From: Girardia tigrina
Lineage: Eukaryota
Direction of reading: 5' to 3'
Assembly (NCBI GenBank): GCA_001938485.1
Contig: MQRK01211181.1
Span: forward strand, 26,033 to 90,032
Length of the DNA: 64,000 bases
Positions within the stretch are counted from its first letter, which is position 1. Each line of letters begins with the position of its first letter. The position numbers and the translations under genes are program-made. The notes under the pieces are model-generated. The model was not told where the DNA came from. It did not search any database and saw nothing but the letters and a program-made list of their open reading frames with translations. Shown here piece after piece: positions 47,832 to 60,878 of this stretch.

Positions 47832-49561
47832 GAGAGACAATCCAAACTAGAGTAATATTTAATTTTTTATGTAATTTAAAATTTTAAATTATTAAATTAA
47901 TTGGTACTTCTTTTTTTAAAAAAATATTTAGATTTGATTTTAAGCAATAAGAGTTTTGATAATCAATCTATATGATAAATATTTTGTCATTTTTTTCATA
48001 AAATAAAATGCTTGACGGAAAAAAATTAATAAAGAAAGAAATCTTAGAGTGAACGTAATTTGAATAATTGTTATAATGACAATTCTATTTGTAATAGTAA
48101 TAAATGTTCAAAAAATCATATTGATGTTGTTAATAAATAACATTTATAATACTACAACACGTGACCATACAATTTTGAGCCAAAAATTACGGGACTGCAA
48201 AATTAGGTCTCAGAAAATACGTGACCGAAACATTTGGCGCCAAAAAGCACTGTATCCGTTGTAAAGAACTAAAAAACCCGAAATTAGTGTGAAATTCTTC
48301 TTAATTAATTCCATTAGTACCTAATTTTTGATGTCGTGTATCATTTTGTTTCTATTCATCATGTTACAATTATTAGTAATCTCAAGATGACATAAATCAA
48401 TTAAATATACAACAATAATTACCGAATATATAAATACTCGCACAAATGCCTATTTCCTGGTCCGTGTATCAGACTTATGGGATTCGGCAATATGGTTTAT
48501 GTTATCCTAATTATTTGTACGCCCTGCACTGAATATGTCAGAGTTTTTTATTTCTTACAAGAAACACGTTTATGCATTTCCCGCTACAAAAAGATAGACC
48601 TCCTTACTTTTTTGATTTTATTTCAATTTTGTCTGATTTATTTGATTAAATAAAAGATGCCGTAGACATTCTTTAATTACACATAAATATATCAATACAA
48701 AAAATGTTAATTATGTTTTGATGATTATTATTAATTTAAAAAATAATTTCAATCTCCATTATTCAACAGAGGGAGATTATTTATATTAAACTTTAAACAA
48801 AAAACTTATCTTTTCCATTGTCTAGTTTTGAGAGAACTTCATTTATTACTCTTCTACTGAATTAAGACAGTCTCTTGAAGCAAATTTTACTTCATTCGTC
48901 GAACCAGTTGGATGTGATCTAATGTTGTTAGATAAAAAGCGAAATAAAGCCTCTTGTCGTTTATCTCTTTTTTATCCCTTTCTGAGTTAAAACAACCGTC
49001 TATGATTCAACTGAAGACATAATATGAAGACGTATTAGTATAATTTATTTATCAAGGTATTTTTAATTAAACTATTCAATATAAACTTTAAAAGTGATTT
49101 TTCTAAAATATTTTTTAATTATTTCTATAATTTATAAAATAAATAGTGATATTTTTTTAGTTACGTGGTGCGCCAAATAGGTCGTGAGACTAATACAGAA
49201 AGATATCTGAAAATATAAGAAATTAAATTGAAGAAAATTTGGTAGTTTGAAGATTTTATATGTGGATTATTTAGAATTAATTGAGTGTTTTTGTAAATAA
49301 AGAAATGTAAGTTTAAAAATTTCATTTATTTTGTTTGTTTTAATCTATTATTTTATAAAGAAATTTTGATATCCAATAAAAGAATTTAAGCGAAATTGAT
49401 TTTTTATTGCTATTGAGAATGAAAGAAAATATTGCTTTTGATTCAAGAACTGCTCGAATAATGTTCAGGATATTTTAAAAAATATTTAGAAAAAATATTT
49501 AGGATATTTAGCATCTTTATCAATTTCCGAATCAAAAAATAAAGATGAAGGACAAATAACA

Positions 49562-49891
49562 GAAATTTTGCTGCGGCAGATGAACCAAAAATCTGGTATT
49601 TCCAGCACATTCATGTCAAATATGAATAATTTCGTGGATGATAAATTTGACCGGATTGCAAATGAAGCTAGTTGATTGGCGCATTGCCACGAGAAGTCGA
49701 TGATCACGAGCAGAGAGATCCAGATGAGAGTGGTATTGCTGCTGTTTGGAGATTTGGCTATGAAAGTCGAAAGACAAGAAGGGAATACGGTCCTCTTTAG
49801 GGCCAAAAATGATGGTTGGCATATACATGCAGGTTATAAAAAATTCAATAAAAAGAAATCAATAACAAGACCCGAGTTGAAGAACTCTTGA
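49562..49891 (+). pseudogene. H2B: Divergent histone H2B-like fragment
   Basis: [62 protein letters not shown]; one TGA at a conserved Arg. Confidence 0.88.
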
Positions 49892-49974
49892 GCTGCCGCG
49901 CTCAAACTGCCGCTCTGCGATCAAAAGACTTAAGATATCATCACAACACTTATTTAAAACAAGGATGGTAAATA

Positions 49975-51090
49975 GGCATCATTTCGCAAAATAATTTCTT
50001 TGCGCCCTGACGCATTTTCCCCAATGATTAACGAGGTTTTAGAAGGCATTTTTGAAGGATTCTGGAGGTTTTTCTCCCAGAAAAATCTCCACGGTGGCTC
50101 TCAAATCATGTTTTTTTGAAAACATCTAACCCGCAGATACTTCTTAAGATTGTTAAACCGGAAAAAATAGGGGCGAACCAAATAGGGATTCTAAAGTGGA
50201 TGGCGGAGCTGAGTCCGCTAAGCCTAATTGTGTCCATGGAAACGCTGCTGGTGTGGGGGAAAGATAGATTAGATATGAGTTCAGATATCATAGATATCAT
50301 ACACTCTTCTCTTGTGTCGTGCCTTCGTTTCTTGCAGCACAATGTTGAAGTAGTTAAAATTATTGATCTTCATGCCGAATTCAGCATAGTAAGTCAGAAT
50401 AATGCCATTGGTGTCCCAAAACACCGTCAGTATGAGAAGCTTTAGGTGGGAAGTTGAGGACCGCATTTTTAGTGAGCTGCTTTCTCCAGGCAGTTTCCAT
50501 TCTTGCAACTCTCTTTTAGATTCGGGGACATAAATGGACATTGTTGTCTCGTCTCCAGTTATGATATTATACATAAAAGAGTCTCTAACATTGGTCCTGA
50601 TCTGCAGATTCTCTAAGTAGCATTCCAAACGTCAGTGTCGCATTTCCAACGTTAAGAAGCGTAGCATAAAATGGGAAAATAGTTCTCGAATACCACTTTC
50701 AGCGAGGAGATTATGCAGAGTGTTTTTGCTTACATTTAGATGGGTTGTAAGCTATCTCATTTTAAACAGCTTCTGCAGCTTTTGCGTTATTTTTTCATCA
50801 ATTTTTAATGGTTTTCCGGATCTTTCTTTGTCCACGACGGAGGTTCTACCACTCTGAAAGTAATTAAACGAACGATAAATTGTTGCTGTGGATGGCCACT
50901 CTTGTTGATAAACAGCTTTAAGTTCAGAAAGAACCTCTTCTCTATTTTTAAGTGTTTAAATTAAAGAAATAAATTTTGGTGAGTTAAACGGCATTTTAAT
51001 TTTAATTGAATTGTTTTCAAATTTGCCTGAAGGCTGCGATGGTACAGAGAATTTATATTACAAAAATGTCCAAGAGATGTCCACGTCTCT
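49975..51090 (-). mobile_element. Mariner transposase remnant
   Basis: IITGDETTMSIYVPESKRELQEW, VFWDTNGII, LVNHWGKCV; candidate 3' TIR at 49164-49191. Confidence 0.88.
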
Positions 51091-51149
51091 CAATATGGTG
51101 AGTGTAACAAAGTTCGTGATGGAGCGATGAAGGAATCTAATCTGTTAAC

Positions 51150-51545
51150 TAAATAGAAACGGGTGATCATAATTTGAGTATATTTTGTATAATCCGCCAC
51201 ATTACTGGTGGAAGTAGCGGTTCTGATCGCAGCTCTGATTCGTCACTTTTTACGATTTTGTAAACAGACAGAGGCGATTATCTAAGCTGTTTGATTAACA
51301 GTTTTTTCGGAATATTGTCTTTCGATTTCAGATAAAACTCTTCAGAATATATTTTCTCTGATCAAAATTTTAATAACATCGTTACTCGGACTGTGAATTA
51401 GTTTGACCAAGCGACTGACGAAGTCAATGTTCCCGACTGTAACATTGACTTGGGTGTATTGATCACTTTTTCTGAAAACGAGGAGAGAATACAGAAGATC
51501 ATACTCGTTGTGCGGGTCACTCTGCAACGTTTTGCCTGTCTGTTT
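51150..51545 (-). pseudogene. Decayed ARM-repeat (importin-alpha-like) fragment
   Basis: LLVFRK...FVSRLVKLIHSPSNDV...VNQTA*IIASVCLQNRK; similarity by eye only. Confidence 0.4.
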
Positions 51546-52379
51546 TAACTATTATAATAATTTGAATATGAATATTTAATTTCATATTGTTTTAAACTTT
51601 TACATCAAAATATAAACAAATGTAAAATTTGATAAAAATATTAAAAAATTGTTACGATTTCGGTTATCGTTCAAAATTGAAAAATTAAAATTTTTTGAAA
51701 CATTTTTTTACGCAGCAAATACAAAATGTATAAAATGTGAATTTAATTTATTTATTGGATTTTAGTTTTCCATTCAATTACTTTGGGATATGAACTCCGA
51801 ATTCAACGTGGCTTTTATCAAGAAAGCAAAGTCGATTTTCATGATTCCTCGGGAATGTCTGAATGCTGACGTCAGGAAAAAGTTGTCTTCCTTGGTCTAG
51901 ATACCCTCTCAAACACTACCGCTTTCAGCGGTATTATTTTTTGGCTCATCACCCCTTACTGGAGGTTGACTGTTATCTATAACCCCAATTTTACTTGAAT
52001 TATTTGCCATTATTTTAATTTTAAGTAAAGTATTTAAATTTTATGTTCACTGTAAATAATAAGCAGAAATAATAAAGCAGAAATTGACCGACAATAAATC
52101 GACAACGGTCAGCGGCGGCTTGTTGTAGACCATTTGAGTTAAATAATGACAATAGCGCTTGATGGCGTCGTACGTAATATTTTTTCTCGTTAAAAGATTA
52201 AGCAAAGAATATAAGAGAAAAAAATCGATAATTTCGAAATCTCGCAAAAATTTATGGATTAATAAAACAATTGTTATTTCAGTGATATTTATTATTTACA
52301 TTTATTTTTTATATAGATAAGTAAGATAAGTGATTTTTGGTGTAAATAATAATACTATTATTTTATGATAATAAAGATT

Positions 52380-53640
52380 TTTTTATTTAATTATAAGTGA
52401 TCACTACAGAATGATATTCTATGATATTTCGTTAAAAGATAAATTTTTAACAAAACTTCCAATGAAGGGTACTACGCGAAATTAAGACATTTTCACAACA
52501 TTTATTACATTTACAGAGAAAACAAAATTGCCTTTATAAAAGTTGATTTCCATATCAACCGATGGAGCACCTGCAATGATATATCAAAAAAATGACTTTT
52601 CGACTATTTGTCAACAAAATCAACAATTTCCTGATTTTATAACATTTCATTGTATAATTCATAAGAACGTCTTATGTGCAAAAATATTGGATGTTAATGA
52701 TATTATGAATGTGGCTATGAAAATAACTAACTCAATAAGTGTTCATGCTTTAAGGAGGCAACTATTCCGTACTCAACTTGAAGAAAACGATTGCCCATAT
52801 GAAGATTTTTTACTTTTTTGTAATGTCAATTGGCTTAGCCAGGGAAGCTTTTTAGGAAGATTTTAAAATCTTTTACCTGAAATTGTGGAATTTTTATATT
52901 CGTTTGGAGAAAAACAAGAAAAGTGTGAAGATCCAGTTTGGTTACAAAATTTAGACTTTCTAACGGATTTTATGGGTCATTCAAACTTTCAATTTGCAAT
53001 TACAAGGAAAAAAAGAATATTATGGAGTTAGTCAGTTCTGTAAATGCTTTTAAAGCAAAATTAAAATTATATAAGTTACAAATAAAAAACAATGACATAA
53101 AGAATTTTCCATATTTGGAAAATCAGATTAAACTTCAATGCAACATTGAAAAATTTTGTTCTGAAATATACAAAATTAATTAAGAATTTGAGAAACGATG
53201 TTCAAATCTCGATCACTTTCAAACTATTTTTGAATTTATTTACTTTCCGTTCGGAGAATATGAAATCGAGAATATGTCATCCAATGTAGCTCATATTTTC
53301 AATTAAATTCATCAGATGTAGAATCGGAAGTTTTAACAATAAAGTCAGACATTAATTTTAAAATCACACGCGAATGAAAATTCTTTTTGAAAGATAGTTC
53401 CTGAAGAAAAATATCCATTATTAAGATCAGTAGCATAGAGTATATTTGCATGTTTTTGCTAAACTTATTTATGCCAAGCCGCATTTTCGCAAATGGAAAT
53501 AATCAAATCGCAACTTAGGAGTTATCTGACCGATTTCATGGCAACTATCAGATTGGGTATCAGTGAATACAAACCTATACAAGACTGCTATGAAATGGAA
53601 TGCCATGCATCAACATACAAAAATTAATGACAGTTGCATT
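52380..53640 (+). mobile_element. hAT transposase remnant (SPIN/GTF2IRD2-like)
   Basis: ISTDGAPAM, FHCIIH..LCAK, NVNWLSQGSFLGRF, TYLCQAAFSQM. Confidence 0.9.
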
Positions 53641-53759
53641 GTACAATAATTATGTAATTTTTATAATAAAATTAATATATTCAAAAAATTAAAAAATGAT
53701 GGCGATATATTTTTAAAGACAAAAATACGCCTTTTATTAAATAAACATTTATTTTTTAA

Positions 53760-53797
53760 GACAATTAATTTGACGGTATAACCGTCATCGTCAGGTC
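53760..53797 (-). ncRNA. Minimal hammerhead lacking G12
   Basis: GAC-CTGACGA-T-GACGG-ttata-CCGTC-[-]AAA-TTAA-TT-GTC. Confidence 0.7.
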
Positions 53798-55604
53798 TCA
53801 AGAAAAAAATGAATTTTAAATCTGCTTATATATGCAAGCAGTGATTATGCCATCAATGGATTATTATGTCATCTAAACATGCTCAATAGGGTTTTCGAGA
53901 GACCCGTTTGCACATTAATCTTAGGATCTAAAGATATGATATAAAGTGCTCACAGGCCACCCTCTCCCAATATTTTTTAAAACGAGTACACAGAATTTTA
54001 AAATTGTTATGTTTTTTGGATTTTATATCTTTGTGATATTATTTTTAAATTAAAGGCATTATTTAAACATTTTAAAATTGAACATTTAAATTGACCAAAT
54101 CCCTCTGAATATGGAATGCTTAAAAAAAATTAAGATACAGCTGTGTTATGTTTTCTCATTTCTGAAAAAAGTCGATCGTAGTTAAGTAATAAAAATTTTA
54201 GTCGATCATACAACTTTAAAGTGCACCCACCCCTGTCATAATATTTAGTATTTCGGAGGTATTTTAATTAATTTTAACTTTTAAGTTAAAAATAATCATC
54301 AAATGTAATTTGGATAAATAAATTTTATAAAATAAATACTTCTTAATTTTAATTTTCTTTTTAATATGTGATTAAATTTAATTTATGATTTGTAATCTGT
54401 TATATTAGTATATAAAAAATGATTTATATTTACAATATTTGTTTATTAATATTATTTATTAATAAAACAACCATTTTCTTGGGAAGGAATTTTCATCGGA
54501 CAAATTTTCTGCAACCAAAAATTTTAATTGTATATTGAAGTTTATTCGTTTTCTCCAAATTAAAAAGTTATAAATTTTTCTAGGGCCCCCTACCACAGAT
54601 ATTTATATTTGTTGATAAAATTTATTAATAAATGAAAAAAAAATGATTGGAATTTTTTAAAGAAATATAATCTAAACAAAATAGTACAAAAATAATCATG
54701 GAAAGCCAGCACATGTCAGATAGGAGTGAATAAATTATTTATATTTGTACAACACCAATATGATTTCTATCTTGATTTTTCTAAACTTATTCAATTGCAA
54801 ACAGAAACTCTTTTTTATGGGAAATAAAATGTTAAATGGAAAATTAATACAGTTTTTTTGTGAAGATATCGTTTAGGAAAATCAAGAATTTTTAACACTA
54901 ATTATATTTACAGAATGCGCTTTTTTCGAAATCGTTATATTTTATATTATTCCCAAGTTCCAAATTAGAACAATCTGTTGCTAGTTGAGGATCCCCGGAA
55001 ATTTTAGGGATTCCAAATTTGTATTTAGACATTTGTTTAATTAACTATTTTCCTCCAGTTATTAAAATCGTCACATGACAAAATATATTTCAATTTATTT
55101 TACGATATTTTAAATATTATAATATAATAATTTTAAAATTAATATTTGAATAAAGTTAATCAATATTTAAAAATACAAGCATAAATTATATTTTTATATA
55201 TTCAAAGTAAGCAGGGTTTCTTTCAGTATTGTACAGGGGGGGAAACATTCCCCCCCACAAATGTTACGCTTTCTCCTCAAAACATTTCCAATTATAAGCC
55301 ATATTTAGCAAATGTTTTCAAGTAATAACACTCAAATAATTACATACCATGGAAATAATGGAGCAAAACAACAGTACACATACACGTTTAAAAATAAAAG
55401 GGGTTTCTATCATCCTGTCTATATATTAAAATATGCTGAATGACATACCACCATATATTAGGTTAGACAGTTAGTGACGTATCCACATATTTTTGTACAC
55501 AAATATACATAAAACAGTGTTAGTGGAGTATGGTGGTTATGAGTCAGTAGAAGTGTAAGTATATATAAATTTAAGGCGCACATATTAAATTAATAATATT
55601 AAAT

Positions 55605-56094
55605 TTAAGGCGCAATCGGTAAATAGCCCCGATTTAAATGTTCTCGATTTAGGTTTTTTCAACTCCATACAATCGCTGCAACATGAAGCTTCCCAAACAC
55701 GATGAATTAATAAATTGTGTTCAAGATGCATTTCATCAATTAGAAGCAAATACTCTCGATAACGTTTTTACAACATTGCAAGCATGTATGGAGTTAATTA
55801 TGTTAGCAGGTGGAGGAAATTGCTATAAAATACCTCATTTAAGTAAAAAAAAACTTCGTCGCGAAGGTGGACTGCTAGAAAAATATGTATGTTTCAAATA
55901 AGCGTACAATAAAGCCAAATCAAATTTCGAGTGAAAAAAATCATTCTTATTTAATTAAAATTTTTCAAATAAAGTTAATATAATATACTTGTCATGTACA
56001 TTTTTTGATTTATTTTATTTTTTCACAAATGTATACCATATTTCCGGACAACAAAAATCGCTAAAATGCATATCATATTTCCGGACGAAGGGAG
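55605..56094 (+). mobile_element. DD39D-like (Stowaway-related) mariner 3' end
   Basis: NSPDLNVLDLGFFNSIQSLQ...GGGNCYKIPH; terminus GGACGAAGGGAG|TA. Confidence 0.85.
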
Positions 56095-56149
56095 TACTTT
56101 AGTCCAAAAAATCCTTTGTTTTATTAAAAACAGTACGTCATTTTAATTA

Positions 56150-57170
56150 TTTATTTATTATATACAAAATTAATCACCAAAATATCATTTTTAAAAAGAT
56201 AGTCCCATATAAATGGCTTGAAATGTATGTAATAGTTTCTCAAGTCGTGGTAGTCTTCATTTGTAGCCACCTTTTCTATGATTTGTCTCAGACTTCGACT
56301 TGATTAATGGACAACATTTCCGGAAAATTGGTGATTTTCGTTCTGATATCCCTTTTGAATTGAGCAAAAAAAATCTCAATTGGGTTGAGAAAGGTGAGTA
56401 GGAAGGCAAGTTGACAACCGTATGGTTTGATATCGTGTTCATATGAATGCAGACATTGTTCTGTATCAGAAAGTGTTGTGTATTTGTCAACATATTTGAC
56501 AATTCCTCGATAAAGGTATTTGATGTGATCCAAGCTTCCACTGTATATTTTGAATAACAGTGAGCCTTTCTAGCTGATCGCAATTACGACAGACATATTT
56601 TTGAGCAGGTTAGTGGGCACCAAAATGTTGACTGCCATTCCTTTTCTCGATCGGCCTTCAAGTTGATAGGTTAAATCCTATTTCGTCAATGTAAATACAT
56701 TGACTCATACGCCAATTTTCTTTTATAAGTCGAGTGGTGTATTCAAAACGGATGCCCTCCATTCTATAGGAATTCCTTTCCTGGACATCTAGCTTTCTTT
56801 ATTGTAAATAACTGCCCAATGAGGAATCTTAATATTGTTGGCTGCAAATATTTCAATTTCTTTATTTTCCTTAACGTATTTCTGCATTTCAGTCGACGAT
56901 GATTGAGGATGGTCTTCTACGTATTCAATAATTGATTGCCCAACTTCTTCATTGATTATTGGTTTCCAATAACCTCTTTGTTTCCAAAAGAAATAACTCC
57001 CTATCGACGGTATTTGTACACGATATTTTTGGTGGCCTAATCTGATATATCCAGTTGCCTGGCCAGGGTCAGGCAATATTCTGATTTATTGTAGGCTCTA
57101 ATACGCTACTTTTTATCAATTTTAATAACTCTAGAAAAGGTATTTAAATAATGATGGAAATCGTATAAAA
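56150..57170 (-). mobile_element. IS630/Tc1-like transposase remnant
   Basis: IYIDEIGFNL; LPSYSP/FLNPIEIFFAQFK. Confidence 0.85.
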
Positions 57171-57649
57171 TTTACGATTTTTTGGTCATCTTGTCGCAAT
57201 AAGGTATTGTCTTTTCGCTATCTCCTGACTCAGAGCTATGATTAATTAATAATATATATGATTTTCATTAATAAAAAAACCTTAGTTCATTTTCGCTTAC
57301 ACTGAAAATCGTGGAATATTGAAAATTTTCCATTTTTTAGAAATATAATTTTTAAATATTTTATTGAAATTAACTGAAAGATTTACAATTAAATTTAATG
57401 CAAGTACGTGTGTTTTGACTTCTGTATGTGTGTAATGTATGTGTGTAATGTATGTATGTAGTGTGTGTATAGGGTTAAAAATTATTTTTAATATTTAATA
57501 CCACTATTAACTTTTACAAGCTATTTTAAAGTAAGATTTCAATTTACTTTTTTGTGTTTGTTATTGGGTATTTATTTTTAGATTTTGATTTTTACAATAT
57601 AATTTACAAACAATTGTCCAAAAGTTGCTATAAGTGAAAGCGAATGTAG

Positions 57650-58720
57650 TTTATCCTCCACTGCCTTCCTACATTATTGTGAAAAGAAGTGACTTTACTG
57701 CATTGTCTATTCTCAGGGTTAACTTCAGTATTAGAGTTATTTACATAGATGCAGTGATACACCATCAATGACTTCTAATAAGCGACCTGTCACATCTCAA
57801 TTAATTATTTTTGTAAAATCTATGTCATTGTGGATTTATGCTCTTCTACCAAACAAACTCAAGTTTCAGTGACTTCCTTTAAGTCGCATTCCTCGACCCG
57901 TTTTATTGCCCACTTGATTTTTTCAAATATCTCGTTTCCAATTTTGTCATCCTATTTGCCTTCCCTGAGACATTTCAAGTATAAGCAAGTTGGACGAGGC
58001 TAGCTCGCTACAGGATGTATGTATATGTGTATGTCTCCAAATCATCCGCACACCAAATACAACTCACGTCTGGACATTGACGCAGTATCCGACACTTCCC
58101 TTACTCGATTATCTCTCTTCCATCTCACTTAACGGTCTTTTTTTAAGACACTCATTCCCAAAACCCACACTTCATCATCTTTTGTAATACTTTCTGGTTT
58201 CTTGCATCTTAGATCAAATTTTTACAACAATTGTTCTACTTCATCAGCGTTAATTCTACTCTCATTAACAAAAATTTCGTCTATATATGAATCGACATGA
58301 TCTCGAATTCTCGCATCAGAGTCCAACACCCACTTCACAGTTTATGTCATGAATTAAAGTGAAATAATTAATCCGAACTCCATTCTGGTCAAAGCGTACG
58401 TCTTATTATTAATGATACACGATTGATTACGCCACATATCCTCGTGAATCCGTACATGCATGTACACCTCTGACAAATGGAGCATGGAAAATTTAGGACG
58501 CTAGTTGCGTAACTTATCCAAAATAATGTCGGACGAGCAGTTATAAACGTCCACATACTTATTCAAATTCCTTAAGTCAAACACTGGACGTGCTTTATCC
58601 TTATTGATCTGTATTGTGCCAAATATAGGATTCGATCAAATTGACTTACCAAGTTTCCTCTCATCATAATTGATTAAATATCCTTTGCTCTTCCAGTTCT
58701 CTAAGATCTTATACGTGTCT
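57650..58720 (-). mobile_element. LTR-type (Gypsy/DIRS-like) reverse transcriptase remnant
   Basis: KARPVFDLRNLN, YMHVRIHEDMW, LTRMEFGL, SYIDEIFV. Confidence 0.7.
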
Positions 58721-59575
58721 GGGGAAATTTTGGTTTTTTGGACAAGTTTTAAGATAATCACACTATTACATATTATTTATATTGTGTTTTATTCCAAAAG
58801 TACAATTATGTTTCGTTTTTTGGGGCATATTTTTTAACCTAAAAATAATATTTAATTTTGGTCTGAAATAAGTATCAAAATTTCCCCAAATTTAAAATAT
58901 TACAAGCTTTTTTTAAAAAATTTTGTTAAATTTTATATTAAATTTTGTTTAAATTTATATTATTTTTTGAAAAAAAAAATTTTTAGCAACTGAAGAAGAT
59001 GATTTAAATAATGATCTACTTAAAAACATTAATATTAAAAATGCTATTGTTTTTACTTCTATTGCCTGGGAGTTAATATCCAAAGAATCGATTATTAATT
59101 GTTTCAAAAATGCATTTTCCAAAAAAGAAGAAACCAACCAAAATATGAAAATTCATATGCTTGAGGAAGATATAGAGGACGTTATTGTTGAGGTTTATGA
59201 AGAAAATTTATCAGAACCGCTGAAGAAGGAGACTGGAACAGCTGAAATTTGTGAAAAAGTTCGTTATGATAAACTAAAGCTGGGATGGGAAAAACTTAAA
59301 GAATTGGAAAATGTTATTGAATATATATATATATATATATATATACCTTTTGATGTTCAAAAAGAAAACATCAAGTTTAGAATGCAATTTAATAATTTTT
59401 TAAGGAAGGAATTTAAATTTGGGAAAACAATAACTGATTATTTTAAAAAATTGGAATAAATTTTATTTAGTTTTTCGATGTTTTTTAATTTTTTGGGGGT
59501 TTTTTGGTTTTGGGGGAATTCTTGGTTTTTTGGGCAAAATTTGATATTTTTTGCCCTAAAACCGAAGGTGGACTG
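58720..59575 (+). mobile_element. pogo/Tigger remnant with 3' TIR
   Basis: IAWELISKESIINCFKNAF...KTITDYFKK; end CCGAAGGTGGACTG|TA. Confidence 0.75.
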
Positions 59576-60878
59576 TATATATTTTTTTAAATTAAATCAA
59601 ACTGACATTCAATTTCATTATATCTATAAAGAAGTTTTTTTAAAATATTATTTATTTCTATTTTTGTAATTGATATTCCATAAATGTCACAAAAAAAGAT
59701 ATCAAAGATGTCTGAGAAAAACGAATTTACATTTTCAAACGAAAAAAAATCCCATTTGCAAATTTAAAATATTCTAGGGGAAAATCCGACAATTTTAATA
59801 CGCCTAAATCCAATTAGGAGTCGTAAATTTTGAAACGAAAAAAAACGAAATATTAAAAATCCCTTCATATTTTCATCAGTTCATCAGAATGACTTTGATG
59901 ATGAATAAAATTATGTGTAAATTAGATCGTTTCACAATTATAAGAGCCGTTTGGTTGACTATTCAATTAATTTTCTTCAAAAAACCAAAAAAAAGAATTA
60001 TTTTCAGCAATTTCAAATGAAAAAGCAGAAAATAATTTTGCTTCACTTGCTTCCTCTGAAAAAAAATTTGTTTTGATTTTTTATTTAGTTATCTGTAGAA
60101 TCTTTTGCAAGTTAATGAAGCTTTAGAAATATTCCAGGAAAACTTTAAAAATTATAATAATATTTTTTTATAGAACAATAATAAATTATATAACTTTTTA
60201 TTAAAATAATATAAAATGAAAATTTTTATTTTTATCAAAATTATATTTCTTTATTAAAAAATAATTTATGTACGGTTTTACAAGAATACTTTTTGTAATT
60301 TTTTTAGTAAAAAAAGCAATAAAAAAATGTTTAAAATATTTTTTATATTATATTATAATTATTATATTTTTATAAGAAAAGAATTTATTTTTTAATTTTT
60401 ATTATTTATTTTAAATATTTATAAATGATTAATATCTATGATTTTAAATTATTAAATTTGACCTAGGTCATTAATAAGATATATTTTCTATTAGTAAATT
60501 AAATTTATTTAAATATTTAACTTTGAATTTTTAGAAAATATCACATCTGCCATATGTGACATTTGGTTTGTTGATAAAGTAAATTCTCATTTTCTAATGA
60601 GATTTTTTTAAAGTACTCTTTTGTAAAAATAGATTCAATTATATAATACCATTTTTCGTTACGTTACAGAAAGTCAAAATAAAGTTTTATACATTCAATA
60701 AGGTACATAATTCAGAATAAATTTTTTATCAAATCTTGATTCGAGTAACAAATTCCTAACCCAGCAGTAACTATTTTAATATTAAAAATAGCAAAATAGT
60801 GGGACCTCCAAATAGCCCACACTCACGGGACCAACTTAAAAGTGTGACTTTGTGGGGTTTCCACTGTATTATTTAAAT

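Noticed and set aside
48155-48260. Spaced ~30-bp repeats, CRISPR-like at a glance
   Set aside because: Degenerate subterminal repeats at a DNA-transposon end; no spacers or cas genes, eukaryotic context.
49673-49675. Stop-codon reassignment suggested by TGA at Trp/Arg positions
   Set aside because: Occurs only in elements that also carry TAA/TAG stops or frameshifts; single transitions explain it, and the GPCR reads cleanly in the standard code.
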